A DNA stretch of 35,907 nt from Campylobacterales bacterium (GTDB lineage Bacteria; Campylobacterota; Campylobacteria; Campylobacterales; QNZT01), in assembly GCA_027056215.1 (NCBI GenBank), contig JALULO010000112.1, forward strand, positions 1 through 35,907, read 5' to 3'. A program made the translations under genes and the position numbers. Positions 17,696-24,865 of the stretch are shown here, piece by piece. Each line of letters opens with the position of its first letter. Within the stretch, counting starts at the first letter, position 1. The notes under the pieces are model-generated. The model was not told where the DNA came from and did not search any database. It saw nothing but the letters and a program-made list of their open reading frames with translations.

Positions 17696-18138
17696 TGCGT
17701 AAAGGATTTGGACTATTGGTTGCGATTTTAATCATGATGACGGTTGCCTTGTTGATGACAATGATGATCTCTTACAGTACCAGTTCTGTAAAATCAACCA
17801 TTGACCTTTACTTAAAAGAACAAGCAGAGATCTTAACCAGAAATGCGACGGAGTATACGCTTTTAGCGATCTCGGGACACAATAACACACAAAATTGTAT
17901 TGAAGAAATCAATGCGACTTATCCTAGCGCTACAGCACCGACGCATCATATTCATGTCAATGTATGGTATATTGGAGATGGTATTCCTGTAAGTTGTTCG
18001 CATATTTTGGAAAACAATATTACAACAGCTGATTCTAATCTAACAGCTATTATTGATGTTGTTGTAAGTGTCGATCAAGCTAGAACAGGTATTACAGAGC
18101 CTATACGTTTACACAGACGGACAATTCAAAAACCTTGA
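17695..18138 (+). CDS. Small pilin-like protein lacking Glu5 (MshP/PilX/GspK-like class)
   Basis: MRKG|FGLLVAILIMMTVALL. The ATG at 17695 overlaps the upstream stop (TGATG). The ORF track starts it 3 nt earlier at a TTG (17692). 147-148 aa. Confidence 0.55.
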   Translation: MRKGFGLLVAILIMMTVALLMTMMISYSTSSVKSTIDLYLKEQAEILTRNATEYTLLAISGHNNTQNCIEEINATYPSATAPTHHIHVNVWYIGDGIPVSCSHILENNITTADSNLTAIIDVVVSVDQARTGITEPIRLHRRTIQKP

Positions 18139-18162
18139 TTTTACATACACTACACACTTATA

Positions 18163-18171
18163 TGCTATACT
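18163..18171 (+). promoter_or_regulatory. Extended -10-like element TGcTATACT
   Basis: Lies 37 nt upstream of the ATG at 18208, which has a strong SD (AGGAGAGAGAG). This suggests the small peptide gene has its own promoter. Confidence 0.4.
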
Positions 18172-18207
18172 TTACTTGTATTTAAAATTTAACACAGGAG
18201 AGAGAGT

Positions 18208-18429
18208 ATGCGTACAACAAAATTGATTATTGCATTATTGGCTGCGTCATTTATATCTACAGCAGTTTATGCAAAATGCGGCGGTGGTATGATGGATCAT
18301 GCGACAGCAAAAGCTAAAGAGGTTGTTTCGCAAGAAACAAATGCAACAGTACAAAAAGCCAAAACGACAGTTAAAACCAAAGCCAAAGAGATGGTAAAAG
18401 GTAAATGTGGCGTAGGAAAATGCGGTTGA
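18208..18429 (+). CDS. Small secreted Cys-Gly-motif peptide (73 aa; three KCG motifs)
   Basis: Strong SD. Sec signal peptide ending VYA. The mature ~51-aa Lys/Ala/Thr-rich peptide begins KCGGG and ends KGKCGVGKCG-stop. Confidence 0.6.
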   Translation: MRTTKLIIALLAASFISTAVYAKCGGGMMDHATAKAKEVVSQETNATVQKAKTTVKTKAKEMVKGKCGVGKCG

Positions 18430-18448
18430 TTATAAACCACTTTTAATC

Positions 18449-18612
18449 TCCCGTCCCGTCAATACGACCTTCCTTTGGCGGGACACCTTAAGTGTATTTG
18501 CACCATTTAGCATATCTCAAACGGCTTCACGGTGGGTATCCCCAAAATTTGTTCCAAATTTTGACCCTACCGCTGTAGATGTTATTCGATAAGCTAAACG
18601 GTGCAAATACAT
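18449..18612. other. Highly structured intergenic element (possible sRNA, 3' UTR structure or MITE-like element)
   Basis: Hairpin 18453-18458/18479-18484. Then a 117-nt rod: 18494-18511 pairs with 18593-18610 at 17 of 18 positions, extended by 18513-18516/18588-18591. Inner stem 18530-18537/18564-18572. Apical perfect 9-bp hairpin 18543-18551/18555-18563 with loop TTC. It lies upstream of the predicted obg promoter. Confidence 0.5.
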
Positions 18613-18654
18613 TTAGTACTAATAAAACATCATAATTTCATTCTCATCAATTTT

Positions 18655-18663
18655 TGCTATAAT
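18655..18663 (+). promoter_or_regulatory. Extended -10 promoter element TGcTATAAT (obg operon)
   Basis: Perfect TGnTATAAT 29 nt upstream of the obg ATG (18692). Confidence 0.5.
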
Positions 18664-18691
18664 CGCGAAAGATTATAATGCAAAGGCAAAT

Positions 18692-19792
18692 ATGTTTATA
18701 GATAATGTTGAACTGACACTCAGTTCTGGTAAAGGCGGTGCTGGTTCGGTATCGTTTCGTCAAGAGAAATTTGTTCTCAAAGGTGGTCCTGATGGTGGCG
18801 ACGGTGGACGTGGTGGTGATGTTTTTTTTCAAGTAGATAAAAATAGTCATACACTCTCCTCCTTTCGTGGCAAAAATCACATGAAAGCTAAAAATGGCAA
18901 TCCCGGTGAAGGACGAAAAAAGTATGGCAAAAAAGGTGAATCACTAACTGTTGTCGTGCCTCCTGGAACGCAAGTATTGGATCCACAAAGTGGTGAAGTT
19001 TTACTAGATTTAACCCAAGACGGAGAAATTGTAAAATTTTTAGAAGGGGGAAAGGGTGGACTGGGTAACTGGCACTTTAGAAGTTCCACCAATCAAAGAC
19101 CTACCTATGCACAGCCTGGGCTTCCAGGGGAGACAAAACAGGTGCGACTTGAGTTAAAGCTTATCGCTGATGTTGGTTTGGTAGGATTTCCAAATGTAGG
19201 AAAATCAACGCTTATCTCCACCGTATCCAATGCAACACCGGAAGTTGCCAATTATGAATTTACAACGCTTACACCAAAGCTGGGTGTTGTTCAGATTGAT
19301 GCTTTTAGTGCATTTGTGATGGCAGATATTCCCGGTATCATTGAAGGGGCGAGTGATGGTCGTGGTTTGGGATTTGATTTTTTACGGCATATCGAGCGTA
19401 CCAAGTTTTTGTTGTTCATGATTGATTTGGCAAATTATCGACCACTTGAAGAACAGTATGATGTTCTCAAAGAGGAGTTGGCAAATTTTTCAGATGAACT
19501 TAAAGACCGCAATTTTGCTATCGCTTTGAGTCGTGCTGATGCCTTGAGTGAAGAAGAAGTTGTAAGTAAAACCAGAGATTTTTTAAAACATTTGGATTTA
19601 AAAGAAGAGACACATGGCAATAAATACCAATTTTTAGAAAAGTTTCCAACATATCTACAAGATACTGAGTTACCGGCTGTGTATGATAAAACAAAACCTT
19701 TTTTCGTTGCACCCTTTTCATCAATATCTCAAATCAATATAGATCCACTTCGTTATGCACTCTCAGATATCGTATCCAAAGAGCAAATGTGA
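18692..19792 (+). CDS. obg: GTPase Obg/CgtA
   Basis: Glycine-rich Obg fold ([15 protein letters not shown]...[14 protein letters not shown]), G1 [10 protein letters not shown]3 DIPG. Confidence 0.95.
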   Translation: MFIDNVELTLSSGKGGAGSVSFRQEKFVLKGGPDGGDGGRGGDVFFQVDKNSHTLSSFRGKNHMKAKNGNPGEGRKKYGKKGESLTVVVPPGTQVLDPQSGEVLLDLTQDGEIVKFLEGGKGGLGNWHFRSSTNQRPTYAQPGLPGETKQVRLELKLIADVGLVGFPNVGKSTLISTVSNATPEVANYEFTTLTPKLGVVQIDAFSAFVMADIPGIIEGASDGRGLGFDFLRHIERTKFLLFMIDLANYRPLEEQYDVLKEELANFSDELKDRNFAIALSRADALSEEEVVSKTRDFLKHLDLKEETHGNKYQFLEKFPTYLQDTELPAVYDKTKPFFVAPFSSISQINIDPLRYALSDIVSKEQM

Positions 19793-20562
19793 AGCGTATC
19801 GTTGTTAAAGTTGGCTCTCATGTCTTAAGTGAGCAAAACAGGTTGGCAAAAGAACGTATCACAAACTTGGTTAAATTGTTATGCGATTTGCAACAAAAGT
19901 ATGAAGTGATACTGGTCTCTTCTGGTGCAGTTGCGGCGGGGTATTCAAAACTGAAAATAGACAAATCGATACTGGCAAATCGTCAAGCGATCGCTTCTGT
20001 TGGACAGCCATATCTGATGAGCGTTTATCAAAAAAAGTTTGCTGCTGCTGATATTTTAACAGCACAGGTACTACTCACAGCGGATGATTTTGATTCTCGT
20101 AAACGCACGGCTCATGCAAAAAGTGCAGTTAGCAAACTACTTAAATATAATATCATACCCATCATCAATGAAAATGATACAACAGCAACAGAAGAGCTTG
20201 TCTTTGGGGACAATGACCAACTCTCAGCCCATGTTGCATACTATTTTGATGCAGATATGCTAGTGATTCTCTCAGATATCGATGGTTATTATGATAGTGA
20301 TCCAAGAGAGAATAAAAATGCAAAAATTCTTAAAGAGGTTTCACAGATAAGAGATGAAGATTTAGAGATTCCATGTGATCCAAATCATACTTTTGCAACT
20401 GGTGGTATCGCGACAAAACTTAAAGCCGCAAAATTTTTGCTCGAACATGAAAAAGAGATGTTTATGACCACTGGATTTGATCTCAGTATCATCCGAAGTT
20501 TTTTACTTGAAGGTAAACAGATTGGCGGTACACACTTTTGTAAGGAGATCCCATGCGTATAG
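19789..20562 (+). CDS. proB: Glutamate 5-kinase (short form without PUA domain)
   Basis: 257 aa, amino-acid kinase family ([39 protein letters not shown]). The GTG start overlaps the obg stop. Confidence 0.9.
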   Translation: MKRIVVKVGSHVLSEQNRLAKERITNLVKLLCDLQQKYEVILVSSGAVAAGYSKLKIDKSILANRQAIASVGQPYLMSVYQKKFAAADILTAQVLLTADDFDSRKRTAHAKSAVSKLLKYNIIPIINENDTTATEELVFGDNDQLSAHVAYYFDADMLVILSDIDGYYDSDPRENKNAKILKEVSQIRDEDLEIPCDPNHTFATGGIATKLKAAKFLLEHEKEMFMTTGFDLSIIRSFLLEGKQIGGTHFCKEIPCV

Positions 20563-21464
20563 TGTTTATGGGAACACCTTCTTATGCTACAGAAATTTTA
20601 AAAGCACTTTTACATGAAGAGGGCATAGATGTGGTTTCGCTGATCACGCAACCGGATAAGCCTGTTGGTAGAAAACAGATTTTAACCCCGCCGGATACAA
20701 AAAAGTACTGTCTTGAACATGAAGTTTTGATTGATATCTTTCAGCCTAAAAGTTTACGAAATGATGAAAGTATCGCTTATATCAAAAAACATAATCCTGA
20801 TTTCATCGTAGTAGCTGCTTTTGGGCAAATCTTGCCTCAAGCAGTTTTAGAGATAGCACCTTGTATCAATCTTCATGCGTCATTGTTGCCCAAGTATCGC
20901 GGTGCTTCACCCATACAAGCAGCCATCTTAGATGTCCAAAGATATAGCGGTGTAACGTCTATGCTTATGGATGTCGGACTTGATACAGGGGATATACTGG
21001 GATATAGTATGCTTGATATCAGAGATAAAGATGCTGTGATATTGTTTGAAGAACTCTCTTATTTGGCTGCAACACTTTGTTTAAAAACACTCAAAAAATT
21101 TGATATATTAAAACCTTTACCACAGATTGATTGTGACAGTACCTATGCTAAAAAAATCAAAAAAAGTGATGGTGAAATTACGTTTGAAAATGCTTCAAAA
21201 GTTTACGCAAAGTATCTTGCATTTATCTTTTGGCCAGGTATCTTTTTGAAAAGTGGCTTGAAACTTAAAAATCTTTCACTACATCAGTGTGATGGATCTT
21301 TTAGAGAGGGAGAAATAGTAGAAATCTCAGATGACTATATCATCATAGGTTGCAAGAGCGGTGCTTTGAAGATTAAGGAAGTACAACCACCATCTAAAAA
21401 AGTGATGGGTGTGATAGATTATATACGTGGAAAAAGGTTAAGTGTTGGAGATACTTTATCTTGA
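20553..21464 (+). CDS. fmt: Methionyl-tRNA formyltransferase
   Basis: [30 protein letters not shown] signature, 303 aa. Confidence 0.93.
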   Translation: MRIVFMGTPSYATEILKALLHEEGIDVVSLITQPDKPVGRKQILTPPDTKKYCLEHEVLIDIFQPKSLRNDESIAYIKKHNPDFIVVAAFGQILPQAVLEIAPCINLHASLLPKYRGASPIQAAILDVQRYSGVTSMLMDVGLDTGDILGYSMLDIRDKDAVILFEELSYLAATLCLKTLKKFDILKPLPQIDCDSTYAKKIKKSDGEITFENASKVYAKYLAFIFWPGIFLKSGLKLKNLSLHQCDGSFREGEIVEISDDYIIIGCKSGALKIKEVQPPSKKVMGVIDYIRGKRLSVGDTLS

Positions 21465-22089
21465 GAGTATAGACTCTACGCATCGCTATCTGATCGATGC
21501 TTTAAAACAAAAAAGTATTCGACCTCCTTATGCAATCAGTGCACAAAGGCAATTGGCTGGAATCGGAAGTCGTGGTAATCTTTGGACTGGTATAGAGGGT
21601 AATCTTTTTTTATCTTTTTGTCTTTATAAAAGTGAGTTGCCTTCAGATTTACCGATACAATCCATGTCGATATATTTTTCGTTTATTTTCAAAGAACTGT
21701 TGTCTGATCTTGGTTCAAAGATATGGTTAAAATGGCCGAATGATTTTTATATAAAAGAGAAAAAAATCGGAGGTACTATCACGTCTATATTACATGAAAA
21801 TATGGTTGTTTGTTCTATAGGATTAAACCTTTTGGCAGCACCACATGATTTTGGAGTTTTAGATATTTCGGTAGATAAAGATAAGCTTCTTTTTGATTAT
21901 TTTTTAAAATTAAAAGAAGATATTTTTTGGAAGGATATATTTAGAAAATATAAGGTAGAATTTTTACAATCTACAAAATATACATACTATGACGGAAATA
22001 GTGCAAAAAAGGTTTCTTTAAGAGAAGCAGAGCTGCTTGAAGATGGGTCGATTTATTTAGAAAACAGAAGGATATACAGTTTAAGATGA
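21442..22089 (+). CDS. birA: Biotin-[acetyl-CoA-carboxylase] ligase (class I, no HTH domain)
   Basis: 215 aa. Contains the GIGSRGNLW variant of the GRGRxGRxW biotin-ligase motif and WPNDFY..KKIGG. The GTG start overlaps the fmt 3' end. Its position matches the C. jejuni gene order. Confidence 0.8.
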   Translation: MLEILYLESIDSTHRYLIDALKQKSIRPPYAISAQRQLAGIGSRGNLWTGIEGNLFLSFCLYKSELPSDLPIQSMSIYFSFIFKELLSDLGSKIWLKWPNDFYIKEKKIGGTITSILHENMVVCSIGLNLLAAPHDFGVLDISVDKDKLLFDYFLKLKEDIFWKDIFRKYKVEFLQSTKYTYYDGNSAKKVSLREAELLEDGSIYLENRRIYSLR

Positions 22090-22877
22090 GTGAAATTATA
22101 GCTATAGCAAACCAAAAGGGTGGTGTCGGAAAAACTACAACAGCAGTAAATCTTGCTGCTTCACTTGCTGTAGCAGAAAAAAGAGTTTTACTGATTGATA
22201 TCGATCCACAAGCAAATGCTACAACTGGTTTAGGATTTGTCAGAAGTGATTATGAGTTTAATATCTATCACGTCTTAATCGGACGTAAAAAGATGTCACA
22301 GGCAATCCTTACATCAAACATTGAGATGCTTGATCTTGTTCCTGCAAACATCGGTTTAGTTGGATTGGAAAAAGATTTTTATGATAGTGGTATCCAAAAT
22401 AAAGAGCTTGTCTTAAAAGAAAAATTAGATGAAGTGAAAGACAACTATGACTATATCATCATCGATTCTCCTCCAGCCCTCGGTCCCATTACTATCAATG
22501 CTTTAAGTGCATCCAATTCTGTGATTATTCCTATTCAGTGTGAATTTTATGCCCTAGAAGGGTTAGCACAGTTGTTAAATACGATCAAGTTAATTAAAAA
22601 AACAATCAATCCAAAACTCAATATCAAAGGTTTCTTGCCTACGATGTATAGTGCACAAAATAATCTTTCAAAAAATGTACTTTATGATTTGCAACAACAT
22701 TTTAGCAGTAAACTATTTACATTAGAAGAGAGTGAAGAGAAATATATCGTTATACCTCGTAACGTTAAATTAGCAGAATCTCCAAGTTTTGGTAAGCCTA
22801 TTTTACTTTATGATATAAAATCGACTGGTTCAATCGCATATCAGCATCTTGCACAATCGATTCTTGATGCAGGCTAA
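22086..22877 (+). CDS. parA: Chromosome partitioning ATPase ParA/Soj
   Basis: Deviant Walker A IAIANQKGGVGKTTTAVNLA, IIIDSPP, 263 aa. Confidence 0.93.
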   Translation: MSEIIAIANQKGGVGKTTTAVNLAASLAVAEKRVLLIDIDPQANATTGLGFVRSDYEFNIYHVLIGRKKMSQAILTSNIEMLDLVPANIGLVGLEKDFYDSGIQNKELVLKEKLDEVKDNYDYIIIDSPPALGPITINALSASNSVIIPIQCEFYALEGLAQLLNTIKLIKKTINPKLNIKGFLPTMYSAQNNLSKNVLYDLQQHFSSKLFTLEESEEKYIVIPRNVKLAESPSFGKPILLYDIKSTGSIAYQHLAQSILDAG

Positions 22878-22958
22878 TCCGAAAAAACAAATCAACTTAA
22901 AACTATTTCTGATCTATCCAGATCAATACAATAAAAATTATGCAAATAGGAGCTATTT

Positions 22959-23834
22959 ATGGCAAAAAATAGATTGGGTAGAGGATTAGGTGCAATCCTC
23001 GATGATGTAGAAGATGCTTATCGAAAAGATATAGAAAGTGATACTACTGTTGTAAGAGATATTCCTTTATCCGAAATCAAGCCTAATATCTACCAACCAC
23101 GTAAAAGTTTTAATGAAGAAGCACTTCAAGAACTAGCGCATTCACTTGAAAAACATGGTCAGTTACAACCAATAGTCGTTATTCAAAAAGATGAAGGTTT
23201 TATGATTATTGCCGGTGAAAGAAGATTCCGTGCATCAAAACTTGCTGGATTTGAGACGATTAAAGCTATCGTTGCTAACTATGAAAATGAAAATTTACGG
23301 GAATTGGCTTTAATTGAAAATATCCAAAGAGAAAATCTTTCTCCTCTTGAATTGGCTCAGTCCTATAAAGAGTTAATAGAAGAGTATCAAATAACACAAG
23401 ATGAATTAGGTGATATTATTCATAAAAGTCGCTCTCAAATTACAAATACTTTGCGTTTATTGCAATTGTCCGCTTATACTCAGGATTTATTGAGCACTGG
23501 AAAAATAACACAAGGTCATGCCAAGGTATTAGTTGGACTTGATTTGGAAGCCGAAAAGCTTATAGCAGATACAATTATCGGGCAAAAACTCAGTGTTCGC
23601 GATAGTGAAGAGCTTGTTAAAAGTTTAAAAGAAAATGTGCATGAAAGAGATAACGATACCAAAGAAACAGTACAATTTCAGACTTCTTCAAAAAAATTTC
23701 CTGAAATGAAAAATATCGTGCGAAAATTGCAGGATAAAGGATTTAAAGTTTCAAATACTAAAAACAAAATAGCGCTTACTTTTGAAGATGAGTCACAAGT
23801 TAATGCGTTCTTATCGATATTATCAGATAATTAA
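22959..23834 (+). CDS. parB: Chromosome partitioning protein ParB/Spo0J
   Basis: ParB box IAGERRFRA, NPxQPR-like motif (NIYQPRKSF), HTH region, 291 aa. Confidence 0.93.
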   Translation: MAKNRLGRGLGAILDDVEDAYRKDIESDTTVVRDIPLSEIKPNIYQPRKSFNEEALQELAHSLEKHGQLQPIVVIQKDEGFMIIAGERRFRASKLAGFETIKAIVANYENENLRELALIENIQRENLSPLELAQSYKELIEEYQITQDELGDIIHKSRSQITNTLRLLQLSAYTQDLLSTGKITQGHAKVLVGLDLEAEKLIADTIIGQKLSVRDSEELVKSLKENVHERDNDTKETVQFQTSSKKFPEMKNIVRKLQDKGFKVSNTKNKIALTFEDESQVNAFLSILSDN

Positions 23835-23880
23835 ATTTTTCTTTATGAATTGTATGATACAATCATGCGAATTTTTCATG

Positions 23881-23886
23881 TATAAT
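23881..23886 (+). promoter_or_regulatory. Candidate -10 hexamer TATAAT for the ATP synthase operon
   Basis: TATAAT lies 27 nt upstream of the atpF' ATG in the 78-bp parB-atpF' spacer. The TG is directly adjacent rather than at the canonical extended -10 spacing. Confidence 0.35.
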
Positions 23887-23912
23887 TTGAAAAAACTTAC
23901 AAAAGGCTACTT

Positions 23913-24338
23913 ATGTTAGATATACAATTTGGTGTACTGTTATTTATTGCGGTGTTGTTCCTTGCTCTTATCTTTATTCTCAATAAAATGCTTTATCAGC
24001 CACTGTTGGCTTTTATGGATAAAAGAGATGAAACAATCAAAGATGATATGAAATCTGCCAAACAGATGGGAAATGATGTTGAAGAGGCTCAAAAAGTTGC
24101 ACATGATACAATTCTTGAGGCAAAATCACAAGCACATAAGATTCGTGAGAGTGCTACAGCCCAAGCAAAAGAAAAAGCAGAGAAATTGATCGATAGTGCA
24201 AAAGAGACAATTGATGGCAAATACAATGATTTTACACAATCACTTCTTTCACAAAGAGAAGAGTTGAAAAAAAGTATTTCTGCAAATGTTCCTGCTTATC
24301 AGAAAAGTATTCAAAACAAATTAAAAAAATTATCATAA
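23913..24338 (+). CDS. atpF': F0F1 ATP synthase subunit b'
   Basis: 141 aa, single N-terminal TM helix then a long charged helix. It is the first of two b-type genes, as in C. jejuni and H. pylori. Confidence 0.85.
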   Translation: MLDIQFGVLLFIAVLFLALIFILNKMLYQPLLAFMDKRDETIKDDMKSAKQMGNDVEEAQKVAHDTILEAKSQAHKIRESATAQAKEKAEKLIDSAKETIDGKYNDFTQSLLSQREELKKSISANVPAYQKSIQNKLKKLS

Positions 24339-24348
24339 AGGAGAGCAG

Positions 24349-24864
24349 TTGAAACTTAGATATCTAATCATCTTGTTGTTACCTGCAATTGCGTTTGCTG
24401 GAGAATCTGAAGCAAATAGTGGAACAGATATAATGGCAAGGACAATTAACTTTATTATTTTTGCAGGGATCTTGTATTATCTGATTGCAGATAAAGTGAA
24501 AGCATATTTTAAAGGAAGAACCAGAGGTATTGCCAATCAACTTACAGAGATACAAGAAAAATTAAATTCTGCTAAACAAGCAAAAGAAGATGCTTTGGCT
24601 GACGCAAAAAATGCTGATGCTAAAGCAAAAGAGTTGGTAGAAATTGCTAAGAATGAGGCATCATTTATAAGTGACAAAATTGCCCAAGATACTAAAACTG
24701 AAATCGCACATCTTGAAAAAGCATTACAAGAGCGTATGGAGATAGAAGAAAAAAAGATGGGAAAAGAGGTTGTATCAGAAGTTATTGATGAACTTTTTGC
24801 AGATGGGAAAATCAAACTGAGTAATGATGATTTCTTAAATATTATCAAAAAGAAGGTAGCTTGA
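24349..24864 (+). CDS. atpF: F0F1 ATP synthase subunit b
   Basis: 171 aa, TTG start after AAGGAGAG, TM helix then a charged coiled region. Confidence 0.85.
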   Translation: MKLRYLIILLLPAIAFAGESEANSGTDIMARTINFIIFAGILYYLIADKVKAYFKGRTRGIANQLTEIQEKLNSAKQAKEDALADAKNADAKAKELVEIAKNEASFISDKIAQDTKTEIAHLEKALQERMEIEEKKMGKEVVSEVIDELFADGKIKLSNDDFLNIIKKKVA

Positions 24865-24865
24865 G

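Noticed and set aside
18449-18612. Possible identity with known housekeeping RNAs (SRP/4.5S, 6S, tmRNA, RNase P).
   Set aside because: I could not find the conserved SRP domain IV motif (GGAA tetraloop with flanking AGCA), tmRNA termini or tag ORF, or RNase P conserved regions on either strand. The size also does not fit tmRNA or RNase P. A 6S-like RNA cannot be excluded without a covariance-model search, so the element is reported as unassigned.
22910-22925. Palindrome TGATCT-ATCC-AGATCA in the parA-parB spacer, considered as a parS site or operator. I also scanned the window for a parS site (TGTTNCACGTGAAACA).
   Set aside because: The stem is only 6 bp and bears no resemblance to the parS consensus. 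No parS-like 16-mer was found by eye anywhere in the window.
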